Source: Candidatus Eiseniibacteriota bacterium (GTDB lineage: Bacteria > Eisenbacteria > RBG-16-71-46). From it: DNA of 64,000 nucleotides. A program made the position numbers and the translations under genes. Numbering within the stretch: the stretch's first letter is position 1; every line of letters starts with the position of its first letter. The stretch lies in NCBI GenBank assembly GCA_963744995.1, contig CAVUWA010000004.1, forward strand, positions 32,001-96,000. The letters are read 5' to 3'. The notes below the pieces were generated by a model. It had not been told where the DNA came from. It ran no database searches and saw only the letters and a list, made by a program, of their open reading frames with translations. Of this stretch, positions 31,627 through 41,123 are shown piece by piece.

Positions 31627-31912
31627 GGCAGCGCCGGGTCCTGATCCGTGTTCCGGTCCGGGTCGCGTCGTGCGTGCCGCCATCTTCTGCTTGACGCGAT
31701 TTCCGAGCATGCTTCCGGCACTTCCGTGCGGCACCCCACGCGTCGCGTCGTTGCGCCCTCGATGCGCCGATGGCGCACGAACGCGCACGAACTGAATTTC
31801 GTGCGATCGCGGGGTGCGATCGGCGCGCTGCGTGGATCTGCGGGCATCGAAAACCGGTGTGCTATGAAAGGCGTGCGCTCCCGCGCGATCCGCCCCCGCG
31901 GAGTGAAGTCCG

Positions 31913-33106
31913 ATGCGCGTGCGTTCGTTGATGCATCTGAGCAACGGGGTCCTGCTCTCGAAGCTGGACCGGGCCGAAGCCCGAGATCGCACCGGCACGG
32001 TCGAGTTGCTCGGCTATCTCGCCGAGGTCGATCGCCGCAGGCTCTACGTTCCGGCCGGCTATTCGTCCATGTTCGTCTGGTGCGTGAAGGCCCGGAATTA
32101 CTCGGAAGCCATGGCTTCGAAGCGAATCTACGCGGCCCGCGCGGTACGTCGCTTCCCGGTCATTCTCGACATGATCGCCGACGGCCGGTTGCATTTGACG
32201 GCAGTGGCGCTGCTGTCCAGGAAGCTCACCCCGGGCAATGCCAACGAACTGCTCGCAGCCGCCACCCACCGGAGCAGGCGGGAGATCGAGATCATGCTCG
32301 CTGAACGCTTCCCGCAGCGCGACGTCGCGACCCGCGTGCGAGCCCTTCCGCCGGCCAGTTCTTTACCGTCCCCGGGGACGGTAAAAATCTGTGCAGCGGA
32401 TGCGCAGAGCGCTGCGCCTTCGTGCGAGCGCGAAGGGGCGCCGAGCGCCACCGAAGCGCTCGCGCCGACGGCTGGCGCGTGCCGGCCATCTGCTGCCGTG
32501 GAGCGGCCCGTTTCGGCGCCGGCACCGCCGGCGATGCACTCGCGCCTCGCGCCGCTTGCGCCCGGGCGATTCAGCATTCAGTTCACGATGGACGAGGCCA
32601 TGCACGGGGACCTCGTGCGCGCGCAGGAACTGCTCGGGCCGCAGGCCGGAGAAGATCGGGTGCGCGAAGTCTTCCGGCGCGCCCTGCGCGAGCTGGTCGC
32701 TAAACTCGAGAAGCAGAAGTTCGCCGCGCCGGCTCGGCCGCGGGCACAGAAGGCCCGCCCGGCCGGCAGGCCCGTCGCACGCAATCCCCGCCATGTTCCC
32801 GCCGGGCTCAAACGCCAGGTCCTGGCCCGCGACGGCGGCCGCTGCACGTTGGTGAGCGACAGCGGCCATCGCTGCGAATCACGCGAAGCGCTCGAAATCG
32901 ATCACGTGATTCCGGTCGCGAAAGGCGGTGCGCCCACGCTCGCGAATCTCAGACTGCTCTGCCGCACGCACAATCAATACGAAGCCGGGCAGGCCTTCGG
33001 CGAGGGATTCATGCACGAGATTCGCGAGCGCGCGCGCCGGAGCGCACAGGAGCGCTCGTCCCGGAACGCTGCGGCGCCGGACGCGCTTGCCTCCCCGGCG
33101 CCCTAA
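31913..33106 (+). CDS. HNH endonuclease with long N-terminal helical (DUF222-like) region
   Basis: RHVPAGLKRQVLARDGGRC...RC...LEIDHVIPVAKGG...NLRLLCRTHN. N-terminus LAEVDRRRLY...GYSSMF...DGRLHLTAV. Confidence 0.9.
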   Translation: MRVRSLMHLSNGVLLSKLDRAEARDRTGTVELLGYLAEVDRRRLYVPAGYSSMFVWCVKARNYSEAMASKRIYAARAVRRFPVILDMIADGRLHLTAVALLSRKLTPGNANELLAAATHRSRREIEIMLAERFPQRDVATRVRALPPASSLPSPGTVKICAADAQSAAPSCEREGAPSATEALAPTAGACRPSAAVERPVSAPAPPAMHSRLAPLAPGRFSIQFTMDEAMHGDLVRAQELLGPQAGEDRVREVFRRALRELVAKLEKQKFAAPARPRAQKARPAGRPVARNPRHVPAGLKRQVLARDGGRCTLVSDSGHRCESREALEIDHVIPVAKGGAPTLANLRLLCRTHNQYEAGQAFGEGFMHEIRERARRSAQERSSRNAAAPDALASPAP

Positions 33107-35739
33107 CGCGTCAGGTAGTACGTGACCTTGGCCAGAAAAACGTTGTCGGGATGCGCGTCGAATACGCGCCTGAGCGACGCGGCGGGCTGGAAGTCGGGGA
33201 TGCGCTGGTCGTCGATCCGCTGCTGGGTCCAGACGAAATAGAACGCGGCGCCCGGCGCGTATTCCCAGCGGAAGACGGCGTTGCCGCGCACCGACTTCGT
33301 GTTGAAGTCCAGCCTCTCGGGCTCGCTGCCGCCCGGGCCGTCCTCGTCGAAGCTGCGCGTCGCGGGATCGTAGGTCCATGCGCCGGCGCCCTGACCCACG
33401 AAGTCCAGGCTCTTCGGCCGCGCCAGCTCCTGGAAATCCGAGTAGCGGCCGCTCGCGATCAGCGGCTGGCCGTAGAACTGCAGGCTCATCGTGGGCGTGA
33501 ACGACACGTTGAGCCGGATGTTGGCCGCGATCGTGCGCTGGTCGAGGCGTGCGAACACGTAGCGGCGCCCGTAGGTCGCGGTCGCGGCCGGGTCGTCGAG
33601 CGCGCGCACGAAGAAATGCCCGTCGCGCTGACTCTCGTAGGAGGGCCCGATCTCGAACCGAACGTTGGGCATGAGTTTGTAGGCGAAGTAGGCGTTCACG
33701 TGATCGTAGAACGAGTTCTCTTCGGGCTGCAGGAACTGGTACCACTCCACGTTGTAGTAGCGCTTGAGGCTGCCGTCGGTGTCGAAGAACAGGTCCAGTT
33801 CGTAGCCCGGCGCCTGCAGCATCAGCGGTCCGCCGCGGCTGCGGCGCGGATCCACCAGCTCCGGGTTGTAGGCACCGCTGATGTTGGCGGTCCAGTTGTT
33901 GTGGAACCACCAGAAACCACGGCCCCAGACGCCGGCCGAGGTCGGGTCACCGTCGAAGTTCGTACCACCGAAAACCGCGGCGTAGAGCTCGTGCCTGCGC
34001 ACGTGCTTCGTCGGCTCGGTCCAGCGGTAGCCGATGGCGGTGTGCGCATTGATCACGTCGGCGCGGCTCTGGAAGCCGAGGTCGTTGATCTCGAAGCCTG
34101 GCGAAATGAAGCCGGCCGCCGAGTTGCTGACGAGATTCCCCTTCTCTTTGTTGAGCCAGACACGCGCGGCGCCGCCGGTGAGCGAGGTGCGCGTCGGGTC
34201 GAGCGTCGCGTAGACGGCGTCGGGACGCTGGAAGTAGTGGCGGCTGCTCTTCTGCACCTCTTCGATGCGGGCCGCCGTGCCGGTGACCGCGCTGCCCGCC
34301 GCGTAGCCGGACATCACCCAGGTCTGCCCGTGATCCAGGAAATGCCAGCCGTCCACGACACCGGTGAATGCTTCGCTGTCGTACTGGTCGCGCAGCGCCG
34401 GATTGCCGAGGTCGCGCTTCACGAAGGTCGTGAGCAGGCCGAGACCATTGCGGCGTTCGGGGAATTCCTTGAGCAGTCGCGCCACGCCATAGTAGGCGAG
34501 CGGCTCGACCTCGGTATCGAACCGCGACAGGTCGGCGCGCTGATTGTGCGCCATCTCGCGCGCGGTGACCGCGTGCATGGTGCCGAAGTTGAGCGAGGGC
34601 GACAGCTTGCCGCTCAGCTTGGTGGCACCGAGGATCGTGGTGCCGCTCGGCACATCGGCGAACTCCGAGTCGTCGGGCAGGCTGCCCTCGGGGGCGTGGC
34701 CGATGCGGCGCGTGTAGAAGAAGGTCGGTCCCGGGAACTGGAAGTTCCAGTAGTCGCTCGCGCCCTGCTGTCCGCTGTCGAAGATCGAGCTGCCCTCGAC
34801 GAAGAACGGGCGCTTTTCGGGAAAGAACGTTTCGACGTCGGTCAGATTGACCACGGCCGGATCCACCTCGACCTGGCCGAAATCCGGATTCACCGTCGCG
34901 TTGAGCGTCAGCTGGCGTCCGACCGGCATGCGCAGGTCGCCGCCCGCGTTGCCGCGGAGGCGCGAGCCGTCGTTGAACGGGTTGAGCGGTTCGTGGGCCA
35001 GGAACTCCGCCTTCGAGGTCACGTAGGGGATGATCTCGATGGCGTTCGTCGGGTGCACGTCCTCGAGTCCGGTGAGCGGTGGAAACAGCGAGACGAAGCC
35101 GCTCGCCTTCTTCGGCCGGTTGACGTAGTAGCAGTCCTCGAAACCGCGCCCCATCTGCCGGAGGAAGTTGATACCCCAGGTCTGCACGTCGGCGTCGGAG
35201 AAGCGCAGCTGCGAGAACGGGATCCGCATCTCGCAGGACCAGCCGCGCGCGTCGCACCGCGCGCGGCCGTCCCAGACGCCGTCCCACGAGTTGTCGTCCC
35301 ATGCGTCGTTGAACAGCGTGCCGTCGAACTGGGTCCCGGCCGCGTTCAGCGCGAAGTAGTAGCCGCTGCGACGGTCATGGTAGGGGTCGAGGTAGACCCA
35401 GAACTTGTCGGAGCGCGTGCCGGCGTCGCGGCGCGAGAGCTCGCGCACGATCGAGTCGGGCGCCGAGTCGTAGAGCCGCGCGCCGACGTAGAGTGCGTCG
35501 TCGTCGTAGAGCACGCGCACGACCGTGCGCTGGGTCGGTCGCGCGCCCTCGACCGGGTCGTGCTGGACGAACGAGCTGCACGCCTGCGCCATGCGCCATG
35601 CCGGCTCGTCGAGCGCGCCGTCGATGACGATGCGCGAGTCGGCGCGCCGCGCCTGCACGTGGCGGTCGTCGATAGGGGAATCGGCGTCCACGGCGGCGGG
35701 CAGCGTGACGAGCAGCAGGGCGGCGAACAGGCGGCGCAT
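33103..35739 (-). CDS. Outer-membrane protein with N-terminal CBM9-like domain and DUF5916-type barrel
   Basis: Signal peptide, IDGALDEPAW, EMRIPFSQLRF, TVNPDFGQVEVD, ETFFPEKRPFFVEG, FLAKVTY C-terminus. Confidence 0.85.
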   Translation of the reverse strand: MRRLFAALLLVTLPAAVDADSPIDDRHVQARRADSRIVIDGALDEPAWRMAQACSSFVQHDPVEGARPTQRTVVRVLYDDDALYVGARLYDSAPDSIVRELSRRDAGTRSDKFWVYLDPYHDRRSGYYFALNAAGTQFDGTLFNDAWDDNSWDGVWDGRARCDARGWSCEMRIPFSQLRFSDADVQTWGINFLRQMGRGFEDCYYVNRPKKASGFVSLFPPLTGLEDVHPTNAIEIIPYVTSKAEFLAHEPLNPFNDGSRLRGNAGGDLRMPVGRQLTLNATVNPDFGQVEVDPAVVNLTDVETFFPEKRPFFVEGSSIFDSGQQGASDYWNFQFPGPTFFYTRRIGHAPEGSLPDDSEFADVPSGTTILGATKLSGKLSPSLNFGTMHAVTAREMAHNQRADLSRFDTEVEPLAYYGVARLLKEFPERRNGLGLLTTFVKRDLGNPALRDQYDSEAFTGVVDGWHFLDHGQTWVMSGYAAGSAVTGTAARIEEVQKSSRHYFQRPDAVYATLDPTRTSLTGGAARVWLNKEKGNLVSNSAAGFISPGFEINDLGFQSRADVINAHTAIGYRWTEPTKHVRRHELYAAVFGGTNFDGDPTSAGVWGRGFWWFHNNWTANISGAYNPELVDPRRSRGGPLMLQAPGYELDLFFDTDGSLKRYYNVEWYQFLQPEENSFYDHVNAYFAYKLMPNVRFEIGPSYESQRDGHFFVRALDDPAATATYGRRYVFARLDQRTIAANIRLNVSFTPTMSLQFYGQPLIASGRYSDFQELARPKSLDFVGQGAGAWTYDPATRSFDEDGPGGSEPERLDFNTKSVRGNAVFRWEYAPGAAFYFVWTQQRIDDQRIPDFQPAASLRRVFDAHPDNVFLAKVTYYLTR

Positions 35740-36145
35740 GCACGATCTCCGGGAGCGTGGCCCTTGCGGGCGGACTCGGCGGACCGCGGCGCGGGGCCGC
35801 GGTCGAACGATCTCGGCTGGACGACTCCGGATTCCCTGCCGTTCCCGGACGGCGTCGCGTGCGATGCGGGGTGGAAGGCGCGCCAGCGGGGGAAGCCGTT
35901 GAAGCTCCTGAACCGGAGCGAATGTAGTCGACGGAGCGGGGCGGGTGTCACGCGGGTGTCAGAATCCCGGCATGCGGGGGCCAACCGTGCCGTGCGCGTG
36001 ACGAACGCGTGCGCCGCGGAACCAGGGGACGGAAATGGTCCGCCGCACGAGGCGCAAGCGCGCCCGCAACCGGCTTGCCGGGCGCCGTCTCGCCCGTGAT
36101 AATCCGGCGCTTCGACTCCACGAACCGATTCGAAAGGAGGCTTCC

Positions 36146-37174
36146 GTGAAGACTGCGTGCCTGGCGCTGGCCGTACTGCTCGCCCCTTCCGTGGCGCACC
36201 CCGCTCCTGCTTCGGACTGTGTGCCGCAGAGCTATTTCGACCACAGTGGCCAGTCCGGCGTGCAGGACGGCGGCGTGAAGATGATTCCGATCACGACGCC
36301 GAAGGGCACGTTCAACGTCTGGACCCAACGCATCGGCAACAATCCGCGCATCAAGGTGCTGCTGCTGCACGGCGGTCCCGGTTTCGACCACGAGTACCTC
36401 GAGGCCTTCAGCAGCTTCTTCCCTGGCGCGGGGATCGAGTTCTACTACTACGATCAGCTCGGCTCCGCGTTCAGCGATCAGCCCGACGATTCGACGCTGT
36501 GGAACATTCCACGCTTCGTGGACGAGGTCGAGCAGGTGCGCAAGGCGCTCGGGCTCGGACCCGACAACTTCTATCTCTACGGCCATTCGTGGGGCGGCAT
36601 TCTCGGGATCGAGTACGCGCTCGCGCATCAGGACCAGCTCAAGGGCCTGATCATCTCCAACATGATGGCCAGCATCCCCGCGTACGGCCGGTACGCGCAT
36701 GACGTGCTGATGCCGGCGATGGATCAGACCGTGCTCAAGGAGATCCTGCAGCTCGAAGCCGCGAAGGACTACGACAATCCGCGCTACGAAGAGCTGCTGA
36801 TGGGAAGCTTCTACCCGGAGCACATCCTGCGGATGCCGCCGGAGCAGTGGCCCAATCCGGTGATGCGGGCGTTCATGACGGTGAACAAGTCCATTTACGT
36901 TCCCATGCAGGGCCCGAGCGAATTGGGTGCGAGCGGCAAACTCGAGCACTGGGATCGGATGCAGGATCTGCCGAAGATCAAGGTGCCGACGCTCGTGATC
37001 GGAGCGAAGTACGGCACCATGGATCCGGCCTACTTGAAGCGCATGTCGGAGGCGCTGCCGAAGGGGCGCTTTCTCCTGTGCCCGAACGGCAGCCACCTGG
37101 CGATGTACGACGACCAGCAGACCTACTTCGACGGGCTGATCCGGTTCATCCGGGACGTGGATGCCGGGCGCTGA
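36146..37174 (+). CDS. Proline iminopeptidase family hydrolase (S33), secreted
   Basis: AAGGAGG RBS, signal peptide, HGGPG, YDQLG, GHSWGG, GSH. Confidence 0.9.
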   Translation: MKTACLALAVLLAPSVAHPAPASDCVPQSYFDHSGQSGVQDGGVKMIPITTPKGTFNVWTQRIGNNPRIKVLLLHGGPGFDHEYLEAFSSFFPGAGIEFYYYDQLGSAFSDQPDDSTLWNIPRFVDEVEQVRKALGLGPDNFYLYGHSWGGILGIEYALAHQDQLKGLIISNMMASIPAYGRYAHDVLMPAMDQTVLKEILQLEAAKDYDNPRYEELLMGSFYPEHILRMPPEQWPNPVMRAFMTVNKSIYVPMQGPSELGASGKLEHWDRMQDLPKIKVPTLVIGAKYGTMDPAYLKRMSEALPKGRFLLCPNGSHLAMYDDQQTYFDGLIRFIRDVDAGR

Positions 37175-37345
37175 GCCCGGCGGGCGGCGCGTGGTCCGGG
37201 CGGTGGGCTGGAATCTTCCCCGCCCGCGCGCCAGGTATTCGCGCGCCGGGACCGCATGTCGCCGACTGGAGCCACGAGCGCCTCTGGCGTAGATTTGGAG
37301 CGGCGTGTTCGAGGAATGCACGTCTGACCCGGCGGCGGAGGAGCA

Positions 37346-38788
37346 TTGACGTTCCCGAAGATCATTCAGGGCGGCATGGGCGTAGGCGTTTCGAACTGGG
37401 TGCTGGCCCGGGAGGTATCGCGGCTTGGCCACCTGGGCGTGGTGTCGGGCACGGCGCTGGACGCCGTCTTCGTCCGCCGGCTCGCCGACGGCGATCCGGG
37501 CGGGCACATGCGCCGCGCGATCGCGGCCTGCCCGCTGCCCGGCATCGCGGACGAGGTCCTCGCGAGGTTCTTCCGGCCCGAGGGCCGCGGTCCCGGTGAG
37601 CCGTACCCGACGCTGCCGCTCATGCGACGGACGCTCGATCCGTTCCGGCAGCGACTGATCGCGCTCGCGAACTTCGCCGAGGTCCACCTCGCGCGTGAGG
37701 GCCATGCGGGCGAGATCGGCATCAACTACCTCACCAAGATCCAGATCCCGACGCTGCCGTCGCTCTACGGCGCGATGCTCGCCGGCGTCGGCGCCGTGCT
37801 GATGGGGGCAGGAATCCCGCGTGACATCCCCGGGGCGATCGACCTGCTCGCCGCGCACGAGGCCGCTTCGATCCGCTACGACGTGCAGGGCGGGAGCGGT
37901 GCCGCGGACGAAGTGCTGAAGTTCGATCCGGCGGTGCTGTGGGAGGGCAAGACGCCGCCCGCGCTCGAGCGGCCGCGCTTCATCGCGATCGTCTCCTCCG
38001 ACTCGCTCGCCGCGATCCTCGCCCGCAAGGCGAGCGGCCGGGTCGACGGTTTCGTCGTCGAGCGCCCGACCGCCGGTGGTCACAACGCGCCGCCGCGCGG
38101 CAGGACCGAGCTCAACGAGCGCGGCGAGCCGGTCTACGGCGAGCGCGACGTGGCCGACCTCGCGAAGATCGCCGCGCTCGGCCTGCCCTTCTGGGTCGCC
38201 GGCGGCACGGGCACGCCCCGGGGTCTGCGCGAGGCGCTGGAGGCGGGCGCGGCCGGCGTGCAGGTCGGCACCCTGTTCGCGTTTACCGAAGAATCGGGGC
38301 TCCGGCCGGACCTCAAGCGCCGCGTGCTCGAGATCGCTCGCGGCGGCGGTGGCCGGGTGCTCACCGATGCCCGCGCCTCGCCGACCGGCTTCCCGTTCAA
38401 GGTCGTGTCGCTCGAGGACTCCGCCTCGGAGGCGGAGCCCTACGCGGCGCGCGGACGCATCTGCGATCTCGGCTACCTGCGCGCCGCCTACCGTCGCGAG
38501 GACGGGACGATCGGCTACCGCTGCTCTTCGGAGCCGATCGACGCTTTCGTGCGCAAGGGCGGAGATCTGGCGGAGACCACCGGCCGCAAGTGCATCTGCA
38601 ACGCGCTCGTCGCGAACATCGGGTTCGCCCAGCTGCGCGACGGCGGCGAGGAGCCGCCGCTGCTCACCAGCGGCGACGATCTCTCCCGAATCCCTGAAGT
38701 GCTCGGCGATCGCGAGGCCTACACGGCTGCCGACGTGATCGAGTATCTGCTGGCCGGGTCTTCCGCCCCGAAGCGCCAGCACGGCTGA
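37346..38788 (+). CDS. Nitronate monooxygenase-family FMN enzyme with C-terminal Cys cluster
   Basis: IIQGGMGVG, GAGIP, AGGHN, VAGG, VQVGTLF, SPTGFPF. GGAGGAG RBS, TTG start. Confidence 0.88.
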   Translation: MTFPKIIQGGMGVGVSNWVLAREVSRLGHLGVVSGTALDAVFVRRLADGDPGGHMRRAIAACPLPGIADEVLARFFRPEGRGPGEPYPTLPLMRRTLDPFRQRLIALANFAEVHLAREGHAGEIGINYLTKIQIPTLPSLYGAMLAGVGAVLMGAGIPRDIPGAIDLLAAHEAASIRYDVQGGSGAADEVLKFDPAVLWEGKTPPALERPRFIAIVSSDSLAAILARKASGRVDGFVVERPTAGGHNAPPRGRTELNERGEPVYGERDVADLAKIAALGLPFWVAGGTGTPRGLREALEAGAAGVQVGTLFAFTEESGLRPDLKRRVLEIARGGGGRVLTDARASPTGFPFKVVSLEDSASEAEPYAARGRICDLGYLRAAYRREDGTIGYRCSSEPIDAFVRKGGDLAETTGRKCICNALVANIGFAQLRDGGEEPPLLTSGDDLSRIPEVLGDREAYTAADVIEYLLAGSSAPKRQHG

Positions 38789-38822
38789 GCCGCCGCCTGC
38801 GGCCTTTCACACCAGAAGCACG

Positions 38823-38852
38823 ACGGCCCGGCGGATCGCACCGCCGGGCCGT
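38823..38852. terminator. 12-bp hairpin between convergent genes
   Basis: ACGGCCCGGCGG-ATCGCA-CCGCCGGGCCGT. Confidence 0.55.
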
Positions 38853-38878
38853 TGCCGTTTCCGCTTCGCGGGAAAGCG

Positions 38879-40903
38879 CTACCAGATCTTCACGCGCTGC
38901 TCCGGCGGGAGGTACAGCGAGTCGCCCGGCTCCACGTTGAACGCGGTGTAGAACTCCGGCATGTTGCGCATCACGCCGTTCACGCGGAACCGGTCGGGCG
39001 CGTGCGGGTTCGACAGCACCACCGCGCGCGTGAGCTGATCGGTCATCTTGGACCGCCAGATCGTGGCCCAGCCCATGAAGAAGCGCTGATCGCCGGTGAG
39101 GCCGTCGATCAGCGGCGATTCCTTGCCGTTCAGCGATTTCTCGTAGGCCCGGTGCGCGATGGTGAGCCCGCTGAGGTCGCCGATGTTCTCGCCGAGCGTC
39201 AGACGTCCGTTGACGTGCAGGCCGGGCAGCGCCTCGTAGGCGTCGAACTGCTCGACCAGTTGGTCGGCGCGCTGCGTGAACGCGCTGTCGTCCCGGGCCG
39301 TCCACCAGTCCTTGAGGTTGCCGTCGCCGTCGTACTTGCGGCCCTGATCGTCGAAGCCGTGACTGATCTCGTGGCCGATCACGGCGCCGATGGCCCCGTA
39401 GTTGACCGCGTCATCCGCCGTCATGTCGAAGAACGGCGGCTGCAGGATCGCCGCCGGGAATACGATCTTGTTGAGCGGCGGATCGTAGTAGGCATTCACC
39501 GTCTGCGGCGTCATGCCCCACTCATCGGGATCCACCGGCTGGCCGAGCTTGTTCATCTGCCGCTGGAATTCGAACGCGTTCGCGCGCCGCGCGTCGCCCA
39601 CCAGATCGCCGGGCTCGATCTCGAGCGTCGTGTAGTCGATCCACTTCTTCGGGTAGCCGATCTGCGGCGTGAACTTGGCGAGCTTCTCCTCGGCCTTCTC
39701 ACGCGTCTCGGGCCCCATCCAGGCCAGCTCCTGGATGTTGTCCTTCATCGCCGCCTCGACGTTGGCGACGAGCTGGTCCATGCGCGCCTTGGCCTCCGGC
39801 GGGAAGTTGCGCTCGACGTAGATCCTGCCGAGCGCCATGCCCATCATGCCTTCGACGAACCGTGTGCCGCGCTTCCAGCGCTCGGGCTGCGCGCGCGTGC
39901 CGGCGATCAGGCGCGTGAACTGGAAGTTGGCGTCGGTGAACGGCGACGACAGCAGCGGCGCCGTGGCGTGGATCAGCTTGAAGGCCGCGTAGTCCTTCCA
40001 GGTGTCGAGCGGCGTGGTCCTGACGAGCGTGCCCATGCCGGTGAGGTAGGAGGGCTCGTTGACGTTCAGCTCGGTGAGGTCGTCGAGGCCGGCGCCGTGG
40101 AAGAGACGGGTCCAGTCGACGTCGGCCGAGAGCTTGTTCAGATCCGCGACCCTGTAGCGATTGTGGGTCTTGCTCTCCTCGCGCGTCTCCTCGGCCGGCC
40201 ACTGGGCCTTCGCGATGCCGGTCTCGAGCGCGACGACGTTCTTCGCGCGCCGCTCGCCGTCGGGAACGCCGGCGAGGTCGAACAGCTTCGCGATGTAGGC
40301 CTGGTACTGGCCGCGCACCGCGACCAGTTGCGGGTCGTTCTTGAGGAAGTAATCGCGGTTCGGCAGGCCGATCCCCGACTGCACCATGTAGAGCATGTTC
40401 TGCTTCGAGTCCTCGAAGTCGCCGTCGATGAACACGCCGGTGGGGCTCTGGATGCCATTGCGCCAGCACTTGCCGAACCAGGCGAGCAGGTCGTCCTTCG
40501 ACTGCAGCGCGGCAATGGCGTCGAGCTCGGGCTGGAGCGGCGCGATGCCGGCGCTCTCGACGGCGGCGCTGTCCATGAAGGTCGCGTAGAGGTCGCCGAG
40601 CTTCTGCTCGTCGGCGCTCCGGTCCTTCTTCACCGCGAGCTCTTCGAGGATGTCGTGGCGCTTGCGCTCGCTCTCGAGGAACAGATCGATGAACGAGCCG
40701 ATGGTCGGCAGATCGGCGGGTATTTCCGTCTTGTCGAGCCAGCCGCCGTTCACGTAGCGGTAGAAGTCGTCCTGTGCGCGCACGGTCGTGTCCATCAACG
40801 CCACCTCGATGCCTGAGCGCGGGGGCTTCGGCTGGGCGCCGCACCCGGCCAGCGTGCCGGCCAGGGCCAGCGCGGCGAGAAAGCCGAACTGCATTCGATT
40901 CAT
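38879..40903 (-). CDS. M13 family metallopeptidase (PepO/neprilysin-like), lipoprotein
   Basis: LAGC lipobox, DDFYRYVNGGW, VNAYY, GHEISHGFD, GENIGD. Confidence 0.95.
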   Translation of the reverse strand: MNRMQFGFLAALALAGTLAGCGAQPKPPRSGIEVALMDTTVRAQDDFYRYVNGGWLDKTEIPADLPTIGSFIDLFLESERKRHDILEELAVKKDRSADEQKLGDLYATFMDSAAVESAGIAPLQPELDAIAALQSKDDLLAWFGKCWRNGIQSPTGVFIDGDFEDSKQNMLYMVQSGIGLPNRDYFLKNDPQLVAVRGQYQAYIAKLFDLAGVPDGERRAKNVVALETGIAKAQWPAEETREESKTHNRYRVADLNKLSADVDWTRLFHGAGLDDLTELNVNEPSYLTGMGTLVRTTPLDTWKDYAAFKLIHATAPLLSSPFTDANFQFTRLIAGTRAQPERWKRGTRFVEGMMGMALGRIYVERNFPPEAKARMDQLVANVEAAMKDNIQELAWMGPETREKAEEKLAKFTPQIGYPKKWIDYTTLEIEPGDLVGDARRANAFEFQRQMNKLGQPVDPDEWGMTPQTVNAYYDPPLNKIVFPAAILQPPFFDMTADDAVNYGAIGAVIGHEISHGFDDQGRKYDGDGNLKDWWTARDDSAFTQRADQLVEQFDAYEALPGLHVNGRLTLGENIGDLSGLTIAHRAYEKSLNGKESPLIDGLTGDQRFFMGWATIWRSKMTDQLTRAVVLSNPHAPDRFRVNGVMRNMPEFYTAFNVEPGDSLYLPPEQRVKIW

Positions 40904-41123
40904 GGAGAGAAATCCTTTCGGTATCGTCCCGGGCCGCGGTCTGCCGGCTCGCCGGGGTCTCCGGCGGGCGCGGCGCGGACCCGATCAAGGGCGACCATGA
41001 CACTCGACTTCCGATGCGGGAGCGTGGCGGCCCGACCCGTGTACCGCAACGTCCGCGTGTCGAACGCGACGTTCCCGTGGACGAACGCCCCGCGGAACTC
41101 CGTCAACCGGGACCATCCGGGGC

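Noticed and set aside
31627..33106. IS element, IscB/TnpB or CRISPR array at the HNH locus
   Set aside because: No RuvC motifs, PLMP start, transposase, terminal inverted repeats or target-site duplication seen. The 10-bp repeats are too short and too few for an array.
33151..36099. 982-aa plus-strand ORF
   Set aside because: Antisense to the well-supported DUF5916 gene, with no motifs.
35948..38782. 944-aa minus-strand ORF
   Set aside because: Antisense shadow of the proline iminopeptidase and NMO-family genes.
38852..40816. 654-aa plus-strand ORF
   Set aside because: Antisense shadow of the M13 peptidase.
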